This document shows positions 47,384 to 56,197 of a stretch of DNA of 64,000 bases, in pieces. The stretch is taken from positions 46,242 through 110,241 of the forward strand of contig JBDLIX010000002.1 in NCBI GenBank assembly GCA_039714655.1, in the 5' to 3' direction. Each line of letters starts with the position of its first letter. Position 1 is the stretch's first letter. The notes beneath the pieces are model-generated. The model was not told the origin of the DNA and made no database searches. It saw nothing but the letters and a program-made list of their open reading frames with translations. The stretch is from Bacteroidota bacterium (GTDB lineage Bacteria > Bacteroidota > Bacteroidia > Bacteroidales > GCA-2748055). Both the position numbers and the translations under genes were made by a program.

Positions 47384-48745
47384 ATGAAGAAGAAGGATTT
47401 GTGGGTTTTTATGATCATTTCGATTATGATCGGACTTATTTCGTCCTGTCAAATAAGTGACAGGGAGTTGGGTGAAGACCTCTTGCCCCCGGGAGATAAC
47501 GTTTTCCTGTATCGTGATACAATATTTGAGATCAATGCATATCCTGTCAGTGGTAAACGTCTTGTTTCCTCAGAATTGGATTATGATGAAACCAGGGTCC
47601 TGCTCATGGGGAACTTGCAGGATACCCTGGTAGGGACTTCTGAAGCTTCAATCATTACCCAGTTCAATACCAATCTCTCTTTTACCAGTGGACCCAGCAT
47701 GGAGATTGATTCCCTGATGTTATTCCTTTATGTCCAGGATTATGTTGGAGATATGGATCAGGAGATCACCATACGTATCCATGAACTTACTGAGCGTATC
47801 TACATGGATTCTATCTACTATTCTGATTTTGATCCGGAAGGTAAAATCAATCCGATACCACTGGTGGAGAAGAGCTTTATGCCGGAAGATGGCACCATGC
47901 TGGATTTTCTGATTGAGGATCAGGATTTCCGGGATAAATTTCTGGTCCTGGGAGATGATACTGCTTTGTTTAAAAGTGATTCTATATTTAAGGACTACTT
48001 AAACGGATTGTACATCGAGGCTGAATCGGCCTCTCCTGATGGATCAATGGCAAGGGTCCATCTTGCCCATCCTCAATCAGTGCTTGCACTGAAATATGCC
48101 AACGACAGCACGCAGATCGATTCTATAGAAGGAGTAGAATTTAAGTGGAGTCAGTTTACCATAGATCCATACTTTAGTCAGAAAATAAGCATATTCAAAC
48201 ACGATCATGCAGGGACCTACCTTTCGACCATCATCGATAATGACAGTATAAATTCTCCCTACTGTTATGTACAGGGCATGGCAGGAGTAAATACTAAAAT
48301 GTCTTTTACATCCATGGAGGAGTGGATGGAAGAAAGCCCCATTGCTGTGAGTTATGCCACCCTGGTTTTTACTGTGGTTCCTGAAGATGAAAGCGGCATC
48401 CTTTACGACGATCTGCCTGACCGGCTTATGCTGGGAACCCTCATTGGGGACGAAGGCTATGAACCTGTTTATGATTACTTTGTTCTACGGAGAAATGAAC
48501 AGGGCGCCGCGTTTGGCGGATATAAGAAAGCCGAATCCAAAGGGTTGTTTTCAGATACTACCTATACCTACCGTTTCAAAATGCCACTCCATTTTCAGTA
48601 CATGGTTGACGGAGTGAAATTGGACAGAGATTTCATTCTTCAATTGAGTGATGGGAGAATTAATCCGAAAGTTTCCAAGCTTTGGAGTAACCTTCCTGCC
48701 AACAAAAAACGTATAAGACTAGAAGTAGTGTACCTTAAGTTGTAA
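47384..48745 (+). CDS. DUF4270-like lipoprotein
   Basis: 453 aa with the lipobox LISSC, 15 nt after the GT5-like gene. The family call is from remembered synteny and is not verified. Confidence 0.6.
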   Translation: MKKKDLWVFMIISIMIGLISSCQISDRELGEDLLPPGDNVFLYRDTIFEINAYPVSGKRLVSSELDYDETRVLLMGNLQDTLVGTSEASIITQFNTNLSFTSGPSMEIDSLMLFLYVQDYVGDMDQEITIRIHELTERIYMDSIYYSDFDPEGKINPIPLVEKSFMPEDGTMLDFLIEDQDFRDKFLVLGDDTALFKSDSIFKDYLNGLYIEAESASPDGSMARVHLAHPQSVLALKYANDSTQIDSIEGVEFKWSQFTIDPYFSQKISIFKHDHAGTYLSTIIDNDSINSPYCYVQGMAGVNTKMSFTSMEEWMEESPIAVSYATLVFTVVPEDESGILYDDLPDRLMLGTLIGDEGYEPVYDYFVLRRNEQGAAFGGYKKAESKGLFSDTTYTYRFKMPLHFQYMVDGVKLDRDFILQLSDGRINPKVSKLWSNLPANKKRIRLEVVYLKL

Positions 48746-48759
48746 TTGTGTGCATTAGT

Positions 48760-48773
48760 GGAAGTTGCCTTCC
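48760..48773 (+). terminator. Small hairpin plus T-rich tract after the DUF4270-like gene
   Basis: ggaag-ttgc-cttcc followed by atagtttatatttttt. The stem is only 5 bp. Confidence 0.3.
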
Positions 48774-48807
48774 ATAGTTTATATTTTTTGTCTTAAATTG
48801 TTGAATC

Positions 48808-50643
48808 ATGTGTGGTATTGTAGGCTATATCGGGAACAAAGATGCTTACCCTATACTTATTAAAGGTTTGAAGAGACTTGAATACCGCGGCTATGATTCT
48901 GCGGGTGTGGCTCTGTTAAACAGTGAAACGTCCATCTATAAGAAGAAGGGAAAGGTTTCTGAGCTGGAAGATCATGTGAGGGGTAAAGAGACCAAAAGTA
49001 CCATCGGGATTGGGCATACCAGATGGGCTACCCACGGGGAACCCAGCGATCTGAATGCACATCCTCACCATTCCAACAAGGGATTGTTTACCATTATTCA
49101 TAACGGTATTATTGAGAATTATGCAGTTTTGAAACAGAGCCTGATTGATCATGGGATGAGCTTTTATAGCGAGACCGACACAGAGGTTCTGGCCAATCTG
49201 ATCGAATATATCTATACGACACAGGATGTTAGCGTTGAGTTAGCGGTTGGTCTGGCCCTGCAAAAGGTGGAGGGTGCGTATGGACTGGTGGTAATTTCCA
49301 GAGAGGACCCCAACCTGATGATAGCAGCCCGCCGAAGCAGTCCCCTTGTTATCGGGCTGGGCGATAATGAGTATTTCATCGCCTCCGATGCCACTCCAAT
49401 TGTAGAGTATACCGACAGGGTGATCTACCTGAACAATGATGATATGGCCCTGATCAGGAAGGATGAATTGGTGCTGAAGAACCTGACAAGCGATGCTACC
49501 AAGGTCAATATTCAGACCCTGGACCTGGGGATATCCGAAATCGAAAAGGGAGGATATGATCATTTCATGTTGAAAGAGATCTTTGAGCAACCCCGTTCCA
49601 TTATGGATACTTTCAGGGGTAGGATCAAGCCCGACACCAATGAGATCAGGCTCGGGGGACTCCATACAGTAAAGGATCAGTTGGTGAATGCCAAACGCAT
49701 CGTGGTGATTGCCTGCGGAACTTCGTGGCATGCAGGACTGGTGGGAGAGTATCTGATCGAGGATCTGGCCAGGATCCCCGTGGAAGTGGAATATGCTTCA
49801 GAATTCCGATACAGGAATCCGATGATCGGTCCCGACGATGTGGTACTGGCCATTAGTCAGAGTGGCGAAACCGCTGATACCCTGGCAGCCATTCAGCTGG
49901 CCCGTGATGCAGGGGCTCTGGTCATAGGTATATGCAATGCAGCAGGTTCAAGTATCTCACGGGAAACCAATGCAGGGGTCTATACACATGCCGGCACCGA
50001 GATCGGTGTGGCTTCCACAAAAGCATTTACGGCACAGGTAACGGTACTGACCATGATGTCCCTGATGATCGGGAGGGAGAAAGGACTGCTTTCCGATGAG
50101 CGATTTTCCAACCTGATCGGGGAGTTGAATGATGTTCCCGGCAAAATTGAGAAAATTCTGGAGCAGAACGATGATTTTATGCGAATCTCAGAAATCTATA
50201 AGGATGCTACCAATGCACTCTACCTTGGTCGTGGTGTTTCCTTTCCTGTGGCATTGGAGGGGGCGCTAAAACTGAAGGAGATCTCTTATATTCATGCCGA
50301 AGGATATCCGGCCGCAGAGATGAAGCATGGCCCTATTGCGCTGATAGATAAGGAGATGCCTGTTTTTTTCATTGCAACCCGTGATAGTTCGTACGAGAAG
50401 ATTGTGAGTAATATCCAGGAGGTGAAAGCAAGAAATGGAGTTGTAATTGCCATTGTATCCGAAGGGGATGAGACCATCCGGGAATTGGCCGATCACATCA
50501 TTGAAATTCCCCATTCGGATGACGCCCTGGTCTCCTTGCTATCGGTGGTACCTTTACAGCTGATCGCATATCACATTGCAGTAATGCGGGGTTGCGATGT
50601 GGACCAACCCAGGAACCTGGCCAAATCGGTCACTGTCGAATAA
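48808..50643 (+). CDS. glmS: Glutamine--fructose-6-phosphate aminotransferase (isomerising)
   Basis: MCGIVGY N-terminal nucleophile, two SIS domains, C-terminus ..NLAKSVTVE. 611 aa. Confidence 0.97.
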   Translation: MCGIVGYIGNKDAYPILIKGLKRLEYRGYDSAGVALLNSETSIYKKKGKVSELEDHVRGKETKSTIGIGHTRWATHGEPSDLNAHPHHSNKGLFTIIHNGIIENYAVLKQSLIDHGMSFYSETDTEVLANLIEYIYTTQDVSVELAVGLALQKVEGAYGLVVISREDPNLMIAARRSSPLVIGLGDNEYFIASDATPIVEYTDRVIYLNNDDMALIRKDELVLKNLTSDATKVNIQTLDLGISEIEKGGYDHFMLKEIFEQPRSIMDTFRGRIKPDTNEIRLGGLHTVKDQLVNAKRIVVIACGTSWHAGLVGEYLIEDLARIPVEVEYASEFRYRNPMIGPDDVVLAISQSGETADTLAAIQLARDAGALVIGICNAAGSSISRETNAGVYTHAGTEIGVASTKAFTAQVTVLTMMSLMIGREKGLLSDERFSNLIGELNDVPGKIEKILEQNDDFMRISEIYKDATNALYLGRGVSFPVALEGALKLKEISYIHAEGYPAAEMKHGPIALIDKEMPVFFIATRDSSYEKIVSNIQEVKARNGVVIAIVSEGDETIRELADHIIEIPHSDDALVSLLSVVPLQLIAYHIAVMRGCDVDQPRNLAKSVTVE

Positions 50644-51693
50644 TTACCGGTCACCGTACTGCTCGTCGTAATAAGAGTGATAGGCTCCTGAGGTGATCCG
50701 GCGCATCCACTCCTGATTTTCCAGATACCACTCCACTGTCCTGGTCAATCCCTGTTCAAAAGTCAGGGAAGGCTTCCAGCCCAGTTCATCCTCTATCCTG
50801 CTACTGTCGATGGCATACCTGAGGTCGTGCCCGGCCCTGTCTTTCACAAAGGTGATCAATCCTTCAGAAGTACCTGGTGCTCTGTCAAGCTTCTCATCCA
50901 TGATGCGGCAAAGCAACCGGATCAATTCAATGTTTGGCCATTCATTCAAGCCTCCGATGTTGTATGTGCGTCCAGCTATCCCATGTTGGAATATCTGATC
51001 AATGGCTGCCGCGTGGTCCTCCACATATAGCCAGTCCCTCACATTCTCCCCTTTCCCATAGATGGGAATCGATTTCATTTGGAGGATATTGTTTATGGCC
51101 AGGGGAATCAGTTTCTCCGGGAATTGGTTGGGCCCGTAATTGTTAGAACAGTTTGAAAGCACCACAGGAATTCCATAGGTATGATGGTAAGCCCTCACAA
51201 GGTGGTCTGAACTGGCTTTGGAAGCCGAATAGGGACTTCGTGGATCGTAAGCAGTCTCTTCGGTAAACAATCCTTCGCTCCCAAGGCTTCCATATACCTC
51301 ATCGGTAGAAATATGGTAGAACAATTTGCCCTCCATCTCCTTCCATGAATTGCGACACGCGTTAAGCAAGTTAACCGTTCCCACGATGTTGGTATTGATA
51401 AAGGCCATGGGATTGGCAATGGAGCGGTCCACATGTGACTCAGCTGCCAGGTGAATCACACCATCAATGCGGTAAGTTTCAAAAAGTTTCTCCAGGACAG
51501 CTTCGTCCACAATATCTCCTTTGACAAATTGATAATTGGAACGATTCTCAATGTCCGTCAGATTTTCCAGGTTTCCAGCGTAGGTGAGCGAATCCAGGTT
51601 GAGCACCTGGATCTCGGGGCGACCCAGTACCATCTTTCTTACAACATGGGAACCGATAAATCCTGCTCCGCCGGTGATTAGCAGTGTTGTCAT
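50644..51693 (-). CDS. rfbB: dTDP-glucose 4,6-dehydratase
   Basis: ITGGAGFIGSH and YSASKASSDH motifs. The ATG at 51693 overlaps the galE stop (ATGA). The stop codon directly abuts the glmS stop. Confidence 0.93.
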   Translation of the reverse strand: MTTLLITGGAGFIGSHVVRKMVLGRPEIQVLNLDSLTYAGNLENLTDIENRSNYQFVKGDIVDEAVLEKLFETYRIDGVIHLAAESHVDRSIANPMAFINTNIVGTVNLLNACRNSWKEMEGKLFYHISTDEVYGSLGSEGLFTEETAYDPRSPYSASKASSDHLVRAYHHTYGIPVVLSNCSNNYGPNQFPEKLIPLAINNILQMKSIPIYGKGENVRDWLYVEDHAAAIDQIFQHGIAGRTYNIGGLNEWPNIELIRLLCRIMDEKLDRAPGTSEGLITFVKDRAGHDLRYAIDSSRIEDELGWKPSLTFEQGLTRTVEWYLENQEWMRRITSGAYHSYYDEQYGDR

Positions 51694-52721
51694 GTTGTTG
51701 TTTTTGAACGAATATTCTTTTCCCAATTCCAGGCTGACAGAAGGGTCTCTTCGATCCCTTTTTTCGCTTTCCAGCCCAGCTCTTTGTTTGCATAGGTGGT
51801 ATCGGCATACACCTGTTCCACATCCCCTTCCCGACGTTCCACAATCCGGTAATTGACTTTCTGGCCGGTACTCTTCTCAAAGGCCCGGATGGTCTCCAAC
51901 ACTGAGATCCCATTACCCGTACCAAGGTTGAATGCTTCGAAAGAGCTCTTTTGCTTCTGCTCCAACAATCGACTGATGGCTACTACATGGGCCCGGGCCA
52001 GGTCTACTACGTTGATGTAGTCGCGGATGGCTGAACCGTCAGGGGTATTGTAGTCATCTCCGAACACACGTAACTGCTCTCTGATACCAATGGCTGTCTG
52101 GGTGATAAAGGGTACCAGGTTATTGGGTATTCCAATGGGAAGCTCACCTATTTTAGCCGATGGATGGGCCCCGATGGGATTGAAATAGCGCAATGAGATC
52201 ACCCCATATTCCGGGGAGGATTCTATGGTATCCAGAAGAATTTCCTCACAGATCTGCTTGGTATTGCCGTAAGGAGAATTAGCTTTCTTTATGGGTGCTT
52301 CCTCGGTTACAGGCAAACTGTCTGGTTCGCCATACACTGTGCAGGAAGAGGAAAATACCACATTAGGAATGCCAAACTTTTTCATGGCTTCCAGCAAGTG
52401 GATCAATGAAAGCAGATTATTTTCATAGTAGGAGAGAGGTTCATTCACACTTTCTCCCACTGCCTTGAATGCGGCGAAATGGATAATGGCCTCTATATCA
52501 GGGTATTTTTCAAATACCTCATAGGTAGAAGAGCGGTCCCTCAGGTCCACCTTCTCAAAATGGGGTTTCTTTCCACTGATTTCCTCGATCCCATTGAGCA
52601 CCTCCAGGTTGGAATTGGAGAGGTTGTCGATAATGACTACCTCCATTCCCTCCTCTAGCAGTTCAACCACTGTATGGGATCCGATGTATCCTGTTCCTCC
52701 TGTGACTAGTATTGTGGGCAT
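51690..52721 (-). CDS. galE: UDP-glucose 4-epimerase
   Basis: VTGGTGYIGSH and YGNTKQICE (YxxxK) motifs. 343 aa. Confidence 0.92.
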   Translation of the reverse strand: MPTILVTGGTGYIGSHTVVELLEEGMEVVIIDNLSNSNLEVLNGIEEISGKKPHFEKVDLRDRSSTYEVFEKYPDIEAIIHFAAFKAVGESVNEPLSYYENNLLSLIHLLEAMKKFGIPNVVFSSSCTVYGEPDSLPVTEEAPIKKANSPYGNTKQICEEILLDTIESSPEYGVISLRYFNPIGAHPSAKIGELPIGIPNNLVPFITQTAIGIREQLRVFGDDYNTPDGSAIRDYINVVDLARAHVVAISRLLEQKQKSSFEAFNLGTGNGISVLETIRAFEKSTGQKVNYRIVERREGDVEQVYADTTYANKELGWKAKKGIEETLLSAWNWEKNIRSKTTT

Positions 52722-52732
52722 ATAGGTCTATA

Positions 52733-54031
52733 TTAAAGGCTCCAGTAATTGAGAGAAGATATCTTTCCTTTGAAAATCCCTTTCAGATCTGCAAACACTG
52801 CTCCAGGGTGTGAGATAGACTGAAAATAGGCCTCATCCAATTGGGTATACTCCTTGTGATTGACTGCAACAATGATTCCATGGTAGGGTCCCTCAACGGA
52901 TTCAGACAGATCAAAATCATACTCCTCACGAATCTCTTCAGGTGATGCATATGGATCAATCACATCGACCCCCACACCAAACTCTTTCAGTTCTGTAATT
53001 ACATCGGCCACCTTTGAGTTTCGGATGTCGCTTACATTTTCCTTAAAAGTGGCACCCATCACCAGCACCTTGCAATCTTTCAGATTGGGAAACTTAGAGG
53101 AGAGCTTCAGGGTTACCTGGCGGGCAACATAAGCTCCCATTCCATCGTTGATGCCACGTCCGGATGTGATGATCTGGGCATGATGACCGAATTTGGACGA
53201 TTTGTATGTAAGATAATAGGGGTCCACACCAATGCAGTGTCCACCTACCAGTCCGGGAAAAAAGTTAAGGAAGTTCCATTTGGTGCCTGCCGCTTCAAGT
53301 ACCTCGTATGTATTGATCCCCATTTTATTGAAGATCATCGACAGCTCATTCATGAAAGCGATGTTGATGTCCCGCTGTGTATTTTCGATGATCTTTGCAG
53401 CTTCCGCTACCTTAATGGAACTGGCCCTGTGAACACCGGCCTCGATAACCAACTCATAGGTTTTTGCGATCTCTTCTGCAGATTCCGGATCACAGCCCGA
53501 GGAGACCTTGGTAATGCGTGTGAGGGTATGTTCCCTGTCACCCGGATTGATCCGTTCTGGTGAAAAACCCACTTTGAAATGATCCATAAAATTTAATCCG
53601 GATACTTTGCTCAACAATGGAATACAATCCTCTTCAGTACAACCCGGATAAACGGTCGATTCATACACCACATAATCACCTTCCGATAGTACCTTCCCAA
53701 CAGTTTTAGAGGCTGCCAGCAACGGAGTAAGGTCAGGTTTTTTATGCTCGTCGATGGGGGTAGGTACTGCAACAATATAGAAAGAGGCCTCTTTGAGCTC
53801 ATCCAAATCTGAAGTGAAATGGATATCGCATCCTTCAAAATCTTCTGCCGATAATTCATTGCTTGGATCAATTCCATTCTTCATCAATTCAATACGATCG
53901 TCTTTGATATCAAAGCCAATGACTGAGATTTTCCTTGCAAATTCAAGGGCGATGGGCAGCCCCACATAACCCAGGCCAATGATGGCCATCTTTTTCTTCT
54001 TGTTCAATAAATCGTTATAAATCATGCTCAA
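52733..54031 (-). CDS. Nucleotide-sugar (UDP-N-acetylhexosamine) 6-dehydrogenase, WbpA/TviB/Cap5O-like
   Basis: MAIIGLGYVGLP Rossmann motif, a catalytic Cys region GGHCIGVDP, and ~430 aa. The start may instead be the ATG at 53989, which removes the 17-nt overlap with the upstream gene. Confidence 0.88.
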   Translation of the reverse strand: MSMIYNDLLNKKKKMAIIGLGYVGLPIALEFARKISVIGFDIKDDRIELMKNGIDPSNELSAEDFEGCDIHFTSDLDELKEASFYIVAVPTPIDEHKKPDLTPLLAASKTVGKVLSEGDYVVYESTVYPGCTEEDCIPLLSKVSGLNFMDHFKVGFSPERINPGDREHTLTRITKVSSGCDPESAEEIAKTYELVIEAGVHRASSIKVAEAAKIIENTQRDINIAFMNELSMIFNKMGINTYEVLEAAGTKWNFLNFFPGLVGGHCIGVDPYYLTYKSSKFGHHAQIITSGRGINDGMGAYVARQVTLKLSSKFPNLKDCKVLVMGATFKENVSDIRNSKVADVITELKEFGVGVDVIDPYASPEEIREEYDFDLSESVEGPYHGIIVAVNHKEYTQLDEAYFQSISHPGAVFADLKGIFKGKISSLNYWSL

Positions 54032-54980
54032 TGTTTTTGATAATTGGATGATAATCGCCCTTTAATCCAACGGGCTCGGTATTACGTATGTTATATACAG
54101 TTTGAATTGATTTTCGTGCGGCATCCAATCCATATCCCTTTCCTGCAAGGATTTTCTTATAAGAGACCGTATGCAGGTCGGTGAATCCACCACTGAACTC
54201 AATCTCCTCCCCATCAATGGTAATGGAACGGAAGGTGCGTTGTCCAGCTGACTTGATCTCTTCCGGAATATCGTTGTAATTGATGCTTAGAAACCAACGA
54301 ACGCGGGCCCTCTCGAGTTCGAGGTATCCTGCAGCTTTGTCCTCTTTCAGGAAATGGACCCTGTTCTCCTTCACATCTCCGAATAGCCAGGTGAGCATGT
54401 CGAAGAAGTGGACACCGATGTTGGTAGCTACCCCTCCGGACTTCTCTATATCTCCCTTCCAGGAGTAGTGGTACCAGTTGCCCCGGCTGGTGATGTAGGA
54501 GAGGTCAATGTCGTAAATCTTATCAGCCGGACCGTTTATAATCTTTTCTTTCAGATCAATGATGGCCTGGTGGTGACGAAGTTGCAGGATGTTCCAAACC
54601 TTCCCTCCAGTCTCTTTTTCATAGTCCTGCAGTGCATCGATGTTCCAGGGATTCAATACCAGTGGTTTTTCGCAGATGGCATCTGCCCCGTTTCGTAGGG
54701 CAAAACGGATGTGTGAATCGTGAAGGTAATTGGGCGAACAGATACTCACATATTCCACCTGGGTTCCCTGTCGGTTCAGCTTGGCAATGTGTCGGTCAAA
54801 ACGCTCGAATTCGGTGAAGAAGTCAGCTTCCGGGAAATAGCTGTCCATGAAACCCACGCTATCGAACCTGTCCAGTGAGGCCACCAGACTGTTTCCTGTA
54901 TCCTTAATGGCCTTTACATGTCTGACAGCAATGTATCCGGCAACACCTATCAGTGCAAAATTCTTATTTTCTTTGTTCAT
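54015..54980 (-). CDS. Gfo/Idh/MocA oxidoreductase, WbpB-like (UDP-2-acetamido-2-deoxy-glucuronate 3-oxidase family)
   Basis: 321 aa. FALIGVAGYIAVRHVKAI.. and EKP motifs. The pairing with a WbpA-like dehydrogenase supports the call. Confidence 0.75.
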   Translation of the reverse strand: MNKENKNFALIGVAGYIAVRHVKAIKDTGNSLVASLDRFDSVGFMDSYFPEADFFTEFERFDRHIAKLNRQGTQVEYVSICSPNYLHDSHIRFALRNGADAICEKPLVLNPWNIDALQDYEKETGGKVWNILQLRHHQAIIDLKEKIINGPADKIYDIDLSYITSRGNWYHYSWKGDIEKSGGVATNIGVHFFDMLTWLFGDVKENRVHFLKEDKAAGYLELERARVRWFLSINYNDIPEEIKSAGQRTFRSITIDGEEIEFSGGFTDLHTVSYKKILAGKGYGLDAARKSIQTVYNIRNTEPVGLKGDYHPIIKNIEHDL

Positions 54981-55088
54981 GGTGGTTACATGGGGGACTA
55001 ATGTACGAAGATAATAAAAAAACGGGTTGATAACTTCGTTTTGAATTCCTCGGTTGACTGATTACTTTTACCTGTCTATTATGCACAA

Positions 55089-56177
55089 ATGATCGTCGAA
55101 AAATATATCAAAAAACTCCTGGATGAGCGGAAACGGGTTGTTCTGCCTGGATTTGGAAACCTGGAAATTAAAGAGACAGGAGGAGGCATGCCCACCTCAG
55201 GAGGCAGGATTGATCCTCCTGGATTATCGGTCAAATTCGATACAGGATACAGCAAAGATGACGGGTTGCTTGCCAGCGTTGCAGCATCCGGAGAAAAGAT
55301 GGATGCTGAGGAAGCCGGACAGCAGGTCCTGGAACTGGTGGATGCAGTAAAATTCGCGCTTGACAAAGGTGAATCATATGGCATTCCTGAGACAGGGACT
55401 TTCACCAGGAATGAGGATGGTAAGATATATTTTAATGTGGATCCGGGCTGGGTACTTGAACCAGATCAGTATGGTCTTGAATCCATGGACCTGCTGGAAC
55501 TTGAAGAACTACCGGTCAAAGAGAAGAAGGCTCCGGCAGTTAAGAAACCAGCAAAGGAGCCTTCAGAAAAGCCTTCTGCCAGTGGTACTAAAACAAAACC
55601 GGAGGCAGTAAAGGCTGAAAAGATTGTGGCCAAAACCTCCAAACCGTTGACAGAACTTCATCCTCCGGAAGAGAGACCCCGGAAGTTGAACAGATGGAGG
55701 GTTGTCTGGTACGTTGCCGGAGCATTGATTGTGCTCCTGATTGCACTTATCTTTATTCCGGTGGATTCAATCCGGAAACCAAAACAAAAGGAGCCGGTCG
55801 TCACAGGTACGGAAGAAATTGAAACTGAACAGCCAGCTATTACAAATGATCAGGCTGCGGAAGATCAACAAAACCTGGAGGAGCAGATTATTGAAAATGC
55901 CAATGCTGAAGCAGCCACGATCACCGAGGAGCCTCAACCCGTCGTTGAAAAACACAACTACTTTATTGTGGCCGGGAGCTTTAAGCACCTTCAGTATGCC
56001 AGTGATTTACAGGATCAGTTGAAAGCAAGGGGTTACCAAGCAGAGGTGTTGATCACCGAGGACCGCATGTACCGGGTGAGTGTGGCCTCTTATGCTACCA
56101 AAGATGAGGCAGAACGGGCCCTGGCTCGTGTGAAAGCAGATCAGGGACTGCAATCTTGCTGGCTGTTGTCCAATTAG
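55089..56177 (+). CDS. HU-like N-domain / SPOR-domain cell-division-associated membrane protein
   Basis: The N-terminus LDERKRVVLPGFGNLEIKE is HU-like. It has a Lys/Pro/Glu-rich linker and one TM segment (WYVAGALIVLLIALIFI). The C-terminal SPOR domain is YFIVAGSFKHLQYASDLQDQLKARGY..YRVSVASYATKDEAERAL. Confidence 0.8.
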   Translation: MIVEKYIKKLLDERKRVVLPGFGNLEIKETGGGMPTSGGRIDPPGLSVKFDTGYSKDDGLLASVAASGEKMDAEEAGQQVLELVDAVKFALDKGESYGIPETGTFTRNEDGKIYFNVDPGWVLEPDQYGLESMDLLELEELPVKEKKAPAVKKPAKEPSEKPSASGTKTKPEAVKAEKIVAKTSKPLTELHPPEERPRKLNRWRVVWYVAGALIVLLIALIFIPVDSIRKPKQKEPVVTGTEEIETEQPAITNDQAAEDQQNLEEQIIENANAEAATITEEPQPVVEKHNYFIVAGSFKHLQYASDLQDQLKARGYQAEVLITEDRMYRVSVASYATKDEAERALARVKADQGLQSCWLLSN

Positions 56178-56197
56178 GATCAGTTAATCTCTGATCC
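56177..56197. terminator. Hairpin spanning the convergent SPOR-gene / metG stop codons (possible bidirectional terminator)
   Basis: ggatcag-7 nt-ctgatcc, a 7-bp perfect stem. It overlaps the last codons of metG. Confidence 0.3.

Noticed and set aside
48746-48807. Possible glmS ribozyme upstream of glmS
   Set aside because: The spacer is only 62 nt, too short for the ~170-nt ribozyme. That element is characteristic of Gram-positive lineages, and no conserved core is visible.
51548-51925. 125-aa minus-strand ORF spanning the galE/rfbB junction
   Set aside because: It is out of frame with both well-supported genes. Its composition is Arg/Pro/Gly-rich. The galE stop and rfbB start already form a clean ATGA overlap.
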